Assembly (NCBI GenBank): GCA_033763315.1
Contig: JANRKS010000033.1
Location: forward strand, 1 to 55,167
Reading direction: 5' to 3'
DNA length: 55,167 nt
Source: Deltaproteobacteria bacterium
Lineage (GTDB): Bacteria > Myxococcota_A > Polyangia > Fen-1088
Shown: one piece after another, positions 1 to 9,349 of the stretch
Layout: each line of letters starts with the position of its first letter
Numbering within the stretch: position 1 is the stretch's first letter
The notes under the pieces: generated by a model
Told to the model about the DNA's origin: nothing
What the model saw: only the letters and a program-made list of their open reading frames with translations
Database searches by the model: none
Program-made: the position numbers and the translations under genes

Positions 1-1512
1 CAACAGCAACGCGCGCCCCCGAGAGGCCTCGCACAACTCGAACGCCCGCTCCGCCGCTGCCTCGGCGTAACTTGCGTGCATGGGATCGGGCAAGTCCGCG
101 GGCAAGTACACCAGCGCTTGCTTGTGATAACGAAAGGGTGACGGAAACACGGCTTCGTCGGCCGTGTCTTTGAGACCCAGGCGTTTCTGCACGTACGAAA
201 AATCTTTGCCCACTGAAAGCGTGGCTGACGTGAAGATCATCGCGCCCGGGTGCTCATCGAAGAACTTGCCCAACACGGGTGATACGTCGATTGGCGAAGC
301 GCGCAACGCCACATTGCGGGTGGACGCTGTGATCCAGCGAATGCGATCCGTGGCTTGCACATCCACGAGGCTCGCAAGCTCGTCGCGCACCGCCGCCGCT
401 CGTCGCGCCAGGCCTTCCATCGCGGCCGCGACGTCGCGCGATGGAGGTTGCGAATAACCTTCAGCGCCTTGCACGCCATATTCGGCCACGCGGATCAGCA
501 GCGCGGCCGTTTCTTCCAGCACGGCATCCAACGCCAAGTAGCGGCCATAAGGCGCTTCATCGCGCGTGTCGCCGAACAACTCGGGCGGAAGGGGAACGCG
601 CACTTCGTCGGCGCCCGCTTTCGGCGTGGGCAGCCGCTTTCGCATCGCCACCGCCAAATCATCGGCGCATTCGGCAATCTTGTGGCCCAGCCTTCCCACG
701 CGATCCGCCGCACCCGCAGGGGCCGCGCACCGGCTCACATCGCGCGCCAGCGCAATCAGGCGTTGGGTGGAGACGTGCATGCCGAAAAACTCGGTGGCCA
801 CTTCTTCGATCTGGTGCGCCTCATCGAAGATCACCACATCATAAGGCGGCAGCACCTGTGCGTCGGGCCAACGGCTGCGCAGCGCCAAGTCGGCAAAGAA
901 CAGATGGTGATTTGTGAGCACGATCTGCGCGTTGATGGCGCGGTCTTTCATGCGCGTGACGAAGCAAGAATCATAATAGCGGCAGCGCGGGCCCAGGCGC
1001 GTCTCAGGCGTCGCGGTTACATCTCGCCACACGGGGGCGTTGTCGGCCACGTCGTTGAGATCCGATCTATCACCTGAGTTTGTCTCGGTGATCCACGTGG
1101 CGATGCGTTCGATCAGCGGATCGCCTTGGCCCGCCATCACCCCTTGTTTGTCGTGCTCATAAAAGCGCCGCAGGCACAGATAATTGGAAAGCCCCTTCAT
1201 CACGGCGAACGAGAAGTGATCGGGCAGCACGCGCTGAAGCCGCGGCAGATCGATGCGCGCGATCTGATCTTGTAAGGTGCGCGTGCCTGTGGCGATCACC
1301 ACTTTGCGCCCCGACAAAATCGCCGGCACCAAATACGCCAGCGTTTTGCCCGTGCCTGTGCCGGCTTCGCACAGCAGGCGTTCATCGAACTCAAGCGCCT
1401 CCGCCACCCGGCGCGCCATCGCGATTTGGCCGGGGCGCGGCTCATAGCCCGGCAGCTCATCCGCCAGCGGGCCGTTTTTGCCCAACACGGCGGCCGCACG
1501 ATCGCCCAACAT
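1..1512 (-). CDS. dinG: ATP-dependent DNA helicase, DinG/YoaA family (3' end runs off the window)
   Basis: My translation of the minus strand from ATG at 1512 (not in the ORF track): MLGDRAAAVLGKNGPLADELPGYEPRPGQIAMA...EAGTGTGKTLAYL (Q motif, Walker A), KGLSNYLC, IFDEAHQ (motif II), IFTSATL; open to position 1. Confidence 0.9.
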   Translation of the reverse strand, partial: MLGDRAAAVLGKNGPLADELPGYEPRPGQIAMARRVAEALEFDERLLCEAGTGTGKTLAYLVPAILSGRKVVIATGTRTLQDQIARIDLPRLQRVLPDHFSFAVMKGLSNYLCLRRFYEHDKQGVMAGQGDPLIERIATWITETNSGDRSDLNDVADNAPVWRDVTATPETRLGPRCRYYDSCFVTRMKDRAINAQIVLTNHHLFFADLALRSRWPDAQVLPPYDVVIFDEAHQIEEVATEFFGMHVSTQRLIALARDVSRCAAPAGAADRVGRLGHKIAECADDLAVAMRKRLPTPKAGADEVRVPLPPELFGDTRDEAPYGRYLALDAVLEETAALLIRVAEYGVQGAEGYSQPPSRDVAAAMEGLARRAAAVRDELASLVDVQATDRIRWITASTRNVALRASPIDVSPVLGKFFDEHPGAMIFTSATLSVGKDFSYVQKRLGLKDTADEAVFPSPFRYHKQALVYLPADLPDPMHASYAEAAAERAFELCEASRGRALLL

Positions 1513-1536
1513 CAATACGCCCTTTGTGAAAGGCGT

Positions 1537-2241
1537 TTAGGCTTTGGGTGGGCGGTTGGCTTTCTCCACGTGCCCGGAAGTGCCAAAGCGGCGGTTAAGT
1601 TCTGCAAACACATCCGTGATGGGGATGTTGGCAGCTTCAAGGCCAACCATCACGTGAAAGATGAGATCGGCCGCTTCATGCGTGGTGTGCGCACGGTCCG
1701 TTTGCGGTAACGCTTCGGCCAACTCACCGGCCTCTTCGGCGATCTTCTCCAAGATCTTCGGCAAGCCTTTGGTCAGCAACGAAGCCACATAGGATTTCTC
1801 TGACGTCTGCGCACGGCGCGCGCTGATCACGGCGGCCACTTTGGAAATCACGGCGGCCGGCACCTCGGGCGGACCGCCGTCGTTTACCAAACCTTCATCG
1901 GTTAACTTGCGAAAGTAACAAGACGTGGCGCCCGTGTGGCAGGAGGGGCCTTCCGGCTGGGTCACGTAGAGCACAGCGTCGCCGTCACAATCGATGCGAA
2001 CCTCTTGCACAGGCATGCCGTTGCCCGAAGTGAGCCCCTTTTCCCACAGCTCTTGGCGCGAGCGGCTCCAAAAGGTGGCGCGGCCGGTTTTCACGGTGTT
2101 GGCCAACGCTTCGGCGTTCGCGTACGCCTGCATCCGCACCACACCCGTCGTTGCGTCTTGCGCGGTCACGGCCACCAGGCCGTCAGGGCCAAAACGGACG
2201 GCGGACAGCAACGCTTCGACGGCGGCGGGGGCAAGGTTCAT
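1537..2241 (-). CDS. hisIE: Bifunctional phosphoribosyl-AMP cyclohydrolase / phosphoribosyl-ATP pyrophosphohydrolase
   Basis: FWSRSRQELWEKGLTSGN, DCDGDA, GPSCHTGATSCY (HisI), then SYVASLL...KIAEEAGE...HEAADLIFH (HisE). Start ATG 2241 preferred. Confidence 0.95.
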   Translation of the reverse strand: MNLAPAAVEALLSAVRFGPDGLVAVTAQDATTGVVRMQAYANAEALANTVKTGRATFWSRSRQELWEKGLTSGNGMPVQEVRIDCDGDAVLYVTQPEGPSCHTGATSCYFRKLTDEGLVNDGGPPEVPAAVISKVAAVISARRAQTSEKSYVASLLTKGLPKILEKIAEEAGELAEALPQTDRAHTTHEAADLIFHVMVGLEAANIPITDVFAELNRRFGTSGHVEKANRPPKA

Positions 2242-2308
2242 GGGGTTCGTGGTTTCCCTGATTTGCTGTGGATGCGCAAGTGTTTGCACGACCTTGACCC
2301 GGGCACAT

Positions 2309-2336
2309 TTGACAGGCGTATTCAAAGGTGTACATT
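2309..2336 (+). promoter_or_regulatory. Putative sigma70-type promoter for the PilZ gene
   Basis: TTGACA (2309-2314), 16 bp, TACATT (2331-2336) in the divergent hisIE/PilZ intergenic region. Confidence 0.45.
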
Positions 2337-2411
2337 GAACCTACATTTAACCACCTTGGTTGTTGGCGCTGCCGCCAAAAAAATCAACCTGGGTAGCCCC
2401 TGGAGGACCAA

Positions 2412-2780
2412 ATGACGCAGCTCGACCGACGTTTCGACACCCGGATCCCGTTCGAGACCTATCTGACCGCCTACGTGGACGATCGACCCACGCGGGGCTT
2501 CACCGTGAACATCAGTGAAACCGGTCTTTACCTGAACACCTTGCCCAAGGTCACCAAGGCCAACCCAGGCATCGTGGGCATTGAGCTCGAGCTGCCCGGC
2601 GTGCCGGAAACAATTTGGGCCGCAGGCCAGCTTTGTTACGGCACCGAGGACGATTACTTTCAAGGCCGCGGGGTGAAGTTCACAGCGATGGCCGATCGCC
2701 ACGCGCGTCTCGTGCGCCAGTTCTGCTACCGCGTGCGTATGCAAAGCCTGCGCAGCCGCAAGACGTTGCCGCTTTCTTAG
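2412..2780 (+). CDS. Stand-alone PilZ-domain protein (putative c-di-GMP receptor)
   Basis: RRFDTR (RxxxR) and NISETG (D/NxSxxG) motifs; GGAGG RBS upstream. Confidence 0.85.
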   Translation: MTQLDRRFDTRIPFETYLTAYVDDRPTRGFTVNISETGLYLNTLPKVTKANPGIVGIELELPGVPETIWAAGQLCYGTEDDYFQGRGVKFTAMADRHARLVRQFCYRVRMQSLRSRKTLPLS

Positions 2781-2828
2781 TGGCATGCGAGCGGCGTTAG
2801 GCCGCGATCTCCGTTACTCTGTGGAGCC

Positions 2829-4148
2829 ATGAAGGTTCCCGAGATCATTTTGATTCGCTCCCTGCACAGGCCGGGAAGTTTGGCGCGCGTGCTGACGGTG
2901 ATCGGCGAAGCGGGCCTCACTGTGGAAGGTTTGCGTCAAGTGCGGCGCGACTACCAGGCCACCACCTGGGAGATCACGATTGAGCCAGATGATCCGCGCG
3001 AGACCGACGATCTGCTGGAGTCATTGGCCAAGCTCGACAACGCCAAAGTGCTGGGGCGTTCCGATCGCGTGTTTGATCGCCACCGCGGTGGCAAAATCGA
3101 AATGAAGTCGCGCATGGAGATCTCAAGCCTTGAACGCTTGCGCGATCTTTATACGCCGGGCGTGGCGCGTGTGTGTTTGGCCATTCACGAAAACCCGTCG
3201 CTCGCGCGAACGTTCACGGGGCTTGCCAATAGCGTGGCCGTCATCACGAATGGAACGGCGATCCTAGGCTTGGGCGACATTGGGCCCGTGGCTGGCTTGC
3301 CTGTAATGGAAGGCAAGGCCGCACTCTTCGCTGAATTGGTGGGCATCACAGCGGTGCCGATCCTGATCAACGAAAAGGATCCCAAGAAGCTCGTGGAGAT
3401 CATCGCCGCGATTGCGCCGTCGTTTGGCGCCATTCAGCTTGAGGACATCCGCGCGCCCGAATGCTTCGAGGTGGAGGCTGCCTTGATTGAAATGCTGGAT
3501 CGCCCCGTGATGCACGACGATCAACACTGCACTGCCATCGTGGTGTTGGCGGCGCTGCTGGGCGCCACGAAACGCGCTGGGCTGCGCCTCAATGAATGTG
3601 TGGTGGGGCAGATCGGTTTGGGTGCCGCGGGCTTGGGCATCTGTGATTTGCTCATCAAATATGGCGTCAAAGCCACATTGGGGGCCGATCTGGATCCACG
3701 CGCACAAGATCGTTTGGAAAAAATGGGCGGCAAGCCGATGTCGCTGGTGGATGTGATGGCCAACGCCGATGTTGTTGTGGCCACCACGGGCGTCAAGGGA
3801 CTCATCAAACCAAGCATGGTGCGGCCGGGGCAAGTGATCTTGGCGCTTTCAAACCCCGAGCCCGAAATCGAACCGGAAAAAGCGTTGGCGGCGGGCGCGC
3901 GCTTTGCCACCGACGGCAAAGTGGTGAACAACGTGCTTGGCTTTCCCGGCGTGTTCCGTGGTGCATTGGACGCGAATGCCGCGCGCATCACAGACGCCAT
4001 GTTGATCGCGGCGGCCGAAACCTTGGCGGGGCTTGCCACCGGCGATTCGCTCGTGCCCGATCCGCTCGATCGCAGCGTGCACGCGCAAGTGGCCGCGGCG
4101 GTCAAAGAATCGGCGATGGGCCTGGTGCTGGGCGACGCGGGGATCTGA
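2829..4148 (+). CDS. NAD(P)-dependent malic enzyme with N-terminal ACT domain
   Basis: N-terminal [12 protein letters not shown]-like segment; [56 protein letters not shown]. Confidence 0.9.
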   Translation: MKVPEIILIRSLHRPGSLARVLTVIGEAGLTVEGLRQVRRDYQATTWEITIEPDDPRETDDLLESLAKLDNAKVLGRSDRVFDRHRGGKIEMKSRMEISSLERLRDLYTPGVARVCLAIHENPSLARTFTGLANSVAVITNGTAILGLGDIGPVAGLPVMEGKAALFAELVGITAVPILINEKDPKKLVEIIAAIAPSFGAIQLEDIRAPECFEVEAALIEMLDRPVMHDDQHCTAIVVLAALLGATKRAGLRLNECVVGQIGLGAAGLGICDLLIKYGVKATLGADLDPRAQDRLEKMGGKPMSLVDVMANADVVVATTGVKGLIKPSMVRPGQVILALSNPEPEIEPEKALAAGARFATDGKVVNNVLGFPGVFRGALDANAARITDAMLIAAAETLAGLATGDSLVPDPLDRSVHAQVAAAVKESAMGLVLGDAGI

Positions 4149-4212
4149 CCTTTGTCCGAAGGTGGCAAAAGCACGCGGCGCAAGCGTTGCCGATGTAATA
4201 GAACAGCCACTC

Positions 4213-4467
4213 ATGAAAATTGGACGAAACGAACTTTGCCCGTGTGGGTCGGGGCAGAAATACAAGAAGTGCTGTTCAGCCAAGGACGAGGCGGCTCATG
4301 CGGAGGTCGTGGCCTCTGAAGCGGCGGCACGCGCGGCCACGGCGGCGCAGGTGGCTCCTGAAGAAGCTGGGGAGCAACCGCCCGCAAAGCCACGCCCCAC
4401 AGGCGCTCAGTGGAAGACAAAGCCAAAAGGACCGCTTTCGGCGTTGACCAAGAAGCTCGGCATCTGA
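4213..4467 (+). CDS. SEC-C (zinc-binding) motif protein
   Basis: [21 protein letters not shown] at the N-terminus, followed by an Ala/Pro-rich tail. Confidence 0.85.
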   Translation: MKIGRNELCPCGSGQKYKKCCSAKDEAAHAEVVASEAAARAATAAQVAPEEAGEQPPAKPRPTGAQWKTKPKGPLSALTKKLGI

Positions 4468-4496
4468 AAAGTCTGCCTGGCGCAAGATGTGCAAAT

Positions 4497-4525
4497 GGGG
4501 GCGCGCAGAGTTTCAAGCGCCCCCC
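4497..4525. terminator. Hairpin between convergent genes (probable terminator)
   Basis: GGGGGCGC...GCGCCCCC inverted repeat. Confidence 0.5.
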
Positions 4526-4545
4526 TTGTGCCACAAACTGAACGA

Positions 4546-5097
4546 CTAAGGAAGCAAACGGCGTGACAGCAGGCTCCAGCGCGTCGATGTGCCTGCTTGC
4601 TGCGCCAAAATTGTGGTGATCGCAAGTACGCCTGCACCCAGAAGCAAATTGGCGATTCCCAACGCACTCGATGTCTTGCGCAGTTGCTCCTCCTTGCTCA
4701 CGTCTTCGGGCGTGGCCAACGGATCAAACAAGCCGCCGCTTTCCTTTTCGCGCGTCGCCAACTTGCGCCCCGCGATCGCTGAGCCTATCGCTGTGCCCAG
4801 CGTGCCCAATACCAGCACGTCCTTCGCAATCACCATCGCACGCGGGTAACGGCCCATTTCACGCCCGCTCAAGAAGGTGCGACCCACAAGCCAGGTCACG
4901 CCCATTAACCCCAGCCCCGCCATCTGGTATTTGCTGAAGTTGTTCCACGCTTGCGACACGATCTCGGCGCGCTCGCTTCTATCGCTGATCGTGCGCACGG
5001 CGGGCTGCATACCCACGCGCCCAAAGAGAGCGCCGCCAATGCCCGTCGCCAAACCCAAGTCATGTGCCACCCACGCCGCTGTCGATAATGCTGTCAT
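4546..5097 (-). CDS. Hypothetical membrane protein (about 4 hydrophobic segments)
   Basis: ATG 5097 preceded by GGAGG; AHDLGLATGIGGALFG plus further hydrophobic helices. Confidence 0.7.
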   Translation of the reverse strand: MTALSTAAWVAHDLGLATGIGGALFGRVGMQPAVRTISDRSERAEIVSQAWNNFSKYQMAGLGLMGVTWLVGRTFLSGREMGRYPRAMVIAKDVLVLGTLGTAIGSAIAGRKLATREKESGGLFDPLATPEDVSKEEQLRKTSSALGIANLLLGAGVLAITTILAQQAGTSTRWSLLSRRLLP

Positions 5098-5207
5098 GTG
5101 ATTACCTCCGCGGCTTGTCATCTGCATGATGCGGGCCGTTTCACGAAAGCTTGTTATCCTGAAAAGCCAGCGTGTGCTGCGCGTACGATGGCTACACGGC
5201 CGTTACG

Positions 5208-6314
5208 TCAATTACGTGCAATCGCGGTTCGCAGGGAAACGTACGACGGCTTCGGGTTGTAGGCGTCGTCGAACAGCAGTGGCATGTGTGGGCCCGTTCC
5301 GCGGTATTGCGCAAATTCAGGAATGTTTAGCCACGAGTGCTTATCGGTAAAGCCCCACAACGTGACGCCCGTGCATCCTGTCGTCTGCAAACATGTACCA
5401 ACGAAGCTGTCATAGATCTCCGCTTGGCGGCCAAGCTTCGTCGCCATATCACCGTCAATCGCGCCCACGGGCACATCTAGTTCACTGATGTTTACCGTGA
5501 GGCCCAAGGACACCAGCCGCTCCATGTTGCGTTTGACGGCCGCATAATCCGGTAACCGCCGTGGATCGAGATGTGATTGCAGACCCACGCCGGAAATGGG
5601 AACCCCGCTTTCCTTTAGCCGCTTGACCAAGGCAAAAATGGCTTCGGACTTCGCGCTGCCTGCCGCTTCACCGTCATAGTCGTTGTAAAACAGCAACGCC
5701 TCAGGATCCGCTTCGTGGGCCGCGCGAAACGCTTCGTCCAAGTATGACGGCCCCAACTTTGCGAACACACTTGTGCGACGGAGCATGCCGGACGAGCCAT
5801 CCTCGATTGCCTCATTCACAACATCCCAGGCATACACCTGCCCCTTCCAATGTGTGGCCACCGCCTTGATATGATCCAACATCGCGGTGCGAAGCTCATC
5901 GGCTGGCAGGGCCTCCAAATAGCTGGGAATCGCTTGGTACCAAACCAACGCATGGCCGCGCACTTTCATGTCGTTGTCGCGCGCGAACTGCACCAGCGCA
6001 TCACCGGGACCGAAGGCGAATCGCCCGCGTTGAGGCTCGGTGTTGACCCACTTCATTTCGTTCTCAGGCGTCAGCGCGTTGAACTCGCGCCCGGCAACTG
6101 TTTTGTACAGCGGCTCGCCGAAATGCGATGGAGATAAAGCGGCACCCACCAAGAGTCCCTTGGCGGCAGCGGCTTCACGCAAGCTTGGTCCCCCCACAGG
6201 TCCTTGTGCATCGGCTCCCACCGACGCCGCGTCGGATACGGCGGGCGGCGTCGACGCGCAGGCGGCAAATACAATCGGAAGCGTAAACAGCAATAAGCGT
6301 GGTACCGATGACAT
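5208..6314 (-). CDS. Endo-1,4-beta-xylanase, GH10, predicted lipoprotein
   Basis: TPENEMKW, RGHALVW, WDVVNE (acid/base), YNDY, GLQSH, ISELD (nucleophile), WGFTDKHSW; lipobox FAAC. Confidence 0.92.
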   Translation of the reverse strand: MSSVPRLLLFTLPIVFAACASTPPAVSDAASVGADAQGPVGGPSLREAAAAKGLLVGAALSPSHFGEPLYKTVAGREFNALTPENEMKWVNTEPQRGRFAFGPGDALVQFARDNDMKVRGHALVWYQAIPSYLEALPADELRTAMLDHIKAVATHWKGQVYAWDVVNEAIEDGSSGMLRRTSVFAKLGPSYLDEAFRAAHEADPEALLFYNDYDGEAAGSAKSEAIFALVKRLKESGVPISGVGLQSHLDPRRLPDYAAVKRNMERLVSLGLTVNISELDVPVGAIDGDMATKLGRQAEIYDSFVGTCLQTTGCTGVTLWGFTDKHSWLNIPEFAQYRGTGPHMPLLFDDAYNPKPSYVSLRTAIARN

Positions 6315-6359
6315 CACACAACCAACCCGTGCCGGCCTCAAAGTGAGAAGCCCTTGACG

Positions 6360-7373
6360 TTACCAGCGAAGCAGCAGCGCCGCCAAAGTGCCGATGCACA
6401 CGCCCAGCATCACCGGTGCCCATCGTTGCCGCTTCAACAACAGCCTTTGCCTTAACGGTCGAGGGGGGCTTTTGCCCTGCATCGCCCGCAAATCGCACAG
6501 CAATTCGATGGCTGACGGGTAGCGGCGGCTTTTGTCGGCTGCCAAACACCGGGTCAGCACAGGCACCCAGACCCCGGGCACAGGCCGGGGAAACCGCGGT
6601 CGCCCTGCGTGGTTACGCTCGGGCAGCTGCCCTGTGAGCAATTGATAGAGCGTCACGCCCATCGACCACACGTCGGAGGAGGGGCTCGCTGCCTTGCCCG
6701 CCAAAACTTCGGGGGCCATATAAGCGAACGTACCAACGCGGGCCAAGGTGATGGCGCCGGTGCCCGGACCCGTCAACCGCGCCAAACCAAAATCCGTGAT
6801 CTTGATCCGCTTGTCACCACCGTTGAGGTGTTCGACGAACAGATTGTCGGGCTTGATATCCCGGTGCAAGGCGCGCGCCGCGTGGATCGCAGCCAAGCCC
6901 GCGCACGCTTGCAACGCCACGTGATACACCCTCGTGCTGCTTAACGTACCAATGGTTTTGCAGTAATCGCTGAGCGGCTCGCCCGCGATCTTCTCCATAA
7001 CAATGAAGGGCAGAGGCTGCGCGGCCGCCGTGGCTTTATGCGTTCCGTACCGCAACACACGGCAAACGTTCTGGTGTTTAACCTTGCGCGCCACTTGCGC
7101 TTCTCGCCGCAGATTTGCGACGTCGCTTGGGTCGAGTGTGCCGTGCGCGCCACGCAACGTTTTGAGCGCTACAAGGCTCTCGATCAATGTGTCATACGCC
7201 TCGAACACCTCACCCATCCCGCCAGCACCCAACAAGCGCACGATCCTGTACCTACCGCCCACGAGGGCGCCCGCACGGAACGTCAACGCGTTCTGACGCG
7301 GGCCACGGCGCAGCCTCACAGGCCGGGTGGCTGGTGCAGTAAGGCGGCTCGTACTGGAAACTCCCATCGCCAT
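6360..7373 (-). CDS. Hanks-type Ser/Thr protein kinase with C-terminal membrane anchor
   Basis: LGAGGMGEV, VALK, HRDIKPDN, DFG, YMAPE, SDVWSMG; hydrophobic C-terminus. Start uncertain. Confidence 0.9.
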   Translation of the reverse strand: MAMGVSSTSRLTAPATRPVRLRRGPRQNALTFRAGALVGGRYRIVRLLGAGGMGEVFEAYDTLIESLVALKTLRGAHGTLDPSDVANLRREAQVARKVKHQNVCRVLRYGTHKATAAAQPLPFIVMEKIAGEPLSDYCKTIGTLSSTRVYHVALQACAGLAAIHAARALHRDIKPDNLFVEHLNGGDKRIKITDFGLARLTGPGTGAITLARVGTFAYMAPEVLAGKAASPSSDVWSMGVTLYQLLTGQLPERNHAGRPRFPRPVPGVWVPVLTRCLAADKSRRYPSAIELLCDLRAMQGKSPPRPLRQRLLLKRQRWAPVMLGVCIGTLAALLLRW

Positions 7374-7544
7374 CTGAGCACAGAGCATCTCGTTTGTTGC
7401 ATATTTGACCCGCAAAAGCGGCCGCCGCGGCCAAAGTGACGCGCGCGGTCGCTGAAGGGGCGACTTCGGGACCCCTCGAGGCCGGGGGGCGCTGCCCGAT
7501 CCTCACTTTTGGTTCCTTGCGCTGGTGTGCTACCTTGCGCCGCC

Positions 7545-7826
7545 ATGACTGCCGCAGCCATCGTGGCCCTTTACCTCATCGGTTTGGCGGCCTTCCTAGG
7601 CCTAGATATCCTGGGGAAGGTCCCGCCTGTAATGTTTGTTTTTGTCGTCGCCGGCCTGGGGGCCGTGACGGCGCTTGGTCTGTCTTTACCATTGGGGGCG
7701 GCGCTGCAAGAGCAGGGGGGCTGGCTGGGTGATGTCGCGCTGGCGCTGGCCGGCGTGGCAGCCGGCGCGGCCGTGGTGGTTCTGGCTCGGTTGCCTTCGG
7801 CCTATGGCAAAGGACGCACGCAATGA
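7545..7826 (+). CDS. Degenerate paralogue of transhydrogenase alpha-2 membrane subunit (PntA2-like)
   Basis: LYLIGLAAFLGLDILGKVPP aligns with IFVVAAFVGHHVIHGVPP of the canonical copy at 9020; three TM helices; lacks HTPLMS/TNAIS; ATGA-coupled to the next gene. Confidence 0.75.
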   Translation: MTAAAIVALYLIGLAAFLGLDILGKVPPVMFVFVVAGLGAVTALGLSLPLGAALQEQGGWLGDVALALAGVAAGAAVVVLARLPSAYGKGRTQ

Positions 7827-9004
7827 ACCCTCAACTTGGCAATACGATCGCACCGATCTTGGCTTGCGGCGCTTTGATCACGGTCTTGTTCGGCGTCACC
7901 GCCGTCACGCATTTGCGCACGTCGAAACGCACGTTTGGCCTGGTGTTGCTGGGCTTTATCTTTGCGGCGTTTGCCACCGTGTTTGAAAACGCAGGCAATC
8001 TACCTGTGCGTGCGGTGTTGATCTTCGGGAGCGCCGCCGCCCTAGGTGCCGTGGTGGCGCGCGGCGTGCCTGTGTCGGCGCGCCTCGGCCAAGTGGCTTG
8101 GATCGCTGGCTTGGCCGCGGCCGGGGTGGCCGTGTCGTCGTGGTCTGCGGTCGCGGCATCGGAAGGCTTTGTTCGCATCGCTGCGCTTGCGTCTGCGGTT
8201 TTGGGCCTTGCCGCTGCAGCCTTGAGTCTGTTTCGTTTGACTGACGAACGCGACACCCCGAAGACCAACGCCACCATCGCGGCTGCGTTGATCATGGCTG
8301 GGCTTTGCACATTGGTGGCCGGCGTGTGGAGCGATCGCGCTTTGTTGTTGGTTGCAGGTGGCGTGGTGGCGTTGGCGGGCTTGGCCTTGGGCCGTGCGAT
8401 GGCCAACGCCGCGGGCACCTCGTTCGCCACGCTGCTGTTTGGTGGCGCGCAACAAGCCGATGCGTTCGGCTACAAGAACGTGCGCCAAAGCGATCCTGAA
8501 GGCGCGGCCATGATCTTGGCGGCTTCGCAAAACGTGTTGATCGTGCCGGGCTATGGTTTGGCACGCGCGCAAGGCCAGCACGGCGTCAAAGAGCTTGTGG
8601 AACGCCTTGAAAAAACGGGCGCGCAGGTGCGCGTGGTGGTGCATCCCGCCGCGGGCATCGTGCCCGGTCACATGAACGCTTTGCTCGACGAAGCCGGCAT
8701 CCCGCACAGCAAGATCATGGCAAGCCAAGACGCCGCCTCGGCCATTGTGGGCGCTGACGTGGTGGTTGTGGGCGCCAACGACGTGGTCAACAGCGACGCC
8801 GCCGCGGGCGAGGGTGCCTTGGCGGGGCTCGACGCCTTGAACCTCAGCGCAGCGCATTCGGTGTGGATCATCAAGCGTTCGCTGCGCACCGGCCAAGCCA
8901 ACGTGCGCAACAATCTTTTCGAGTCACCGAGAGCCACGCTGGTGCTTGGCGACGCCAAGAAGGTTTTGCAGGCCCTCGTCGCTGAGCTGAAAAACTCTCA
9001 CTAA
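7823..9004 (+). CDS. Degenerate paralogue of transhydrogenase beta subunit (PntB-like; shortened membrane part plus dIII)
   Basis: dIII motifs IVPGYG, HPAAGIVPGHMN, VGANDVVN, IKRS, LGDAK; membrane part lacks the DMPVVI..LNS motif; 393 aa versus 474 aa for the canonical copy. Confidence 0.85.
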   Translation: MNPQLGNTIAPILACGALITVLFGVTAVTHLRTSKRTFGLVLLGFIFAAFATVFENAGNLPVRAVLIFGSAAALGAVVARGVPVSARLGQVAWIAGLAAAGVAVSSWSAVAASEGFVRIAALASAVLGLAAAALSLFRLTDERDTPKTNATIAAALIMAGLCTLVAGVWSDRALLLVAGGVVALAGLALGRAMANAAGTSFATLLFGGAQQADAFGYKNVRQSDPEGAAMILAASQNVLIVPGYGLARAQGQHGVKELVERLEKTGAQVRVVVHPAAGIVPGHMNALLDEAGIPHSKIMASQDAASAIVGADVVVVGANDVVNSDAAAGEGALAGLDALNLSAAHSVWIIKRSLRTGQANVRNNLFESPRATLVLGDAKKVLQALVAELKNSH

Positions 9005-9019
9005 AGCATCGGATCAAAT

Positions 9020-9349
9020 ATGGAATCTCAACTTCATGTCATTGGTGTGATGATTTTCGTGGTGGCGGCCTTCGTGGGCCATCACGTGATCCACGGTGTT
9101 CCGCCCTTGTTGCACACGCCGCTGATGTCGGCGACCAACGCGATCTCGGCCATCTCGTTGGTGGCGGCGTTGGTGATCGCGGGTGGTGAAACAAACGCTG
9201 TGCGCACCACCTTGGGTGTCATCGCTGTGGCCGCGGCCACGTGCAACGTGGTGGGTGGATTCTTGATCACGGACCGCATGCTGAAAATGTTCAAGGGCGG
9301 CAAAGGGCAAAACGCCAAGCCGGCCGCCAAGGCCAAGGGAGCCGCTTAA
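9020..9349 (+). CDS. pntAB: NAD(P) transhydrogenase alpha subunit part 2 (membrane)
   Basis: VPPLLHTPLMSATNAIS and NVVGGFLITDRMLKMF signatures. Confidence 0.93.
   Translation: MESQLHVIGVMIFVVAAFVGHHVIHGVPPLLHTPLMSATNAISAISLVAALVIAGGETNAVRTTLGVIAVAAATCNVVGGFLITDRMLKMFKGGKGQNAKPAAKAKGAA

Noticed and set aside
355-1077. 240-aa plus-strand ORF and neighbours
   Set aside because: Antisense shadow of dinG, which carries all helicase motifs on the minus strand.
7545-9004. Calling the first pnt pair pseudogenes
   Set aside because: No stops or frameshifts; ATGA coupling, an upstream -10 box and retained dIII motifs argue for maintained genes.
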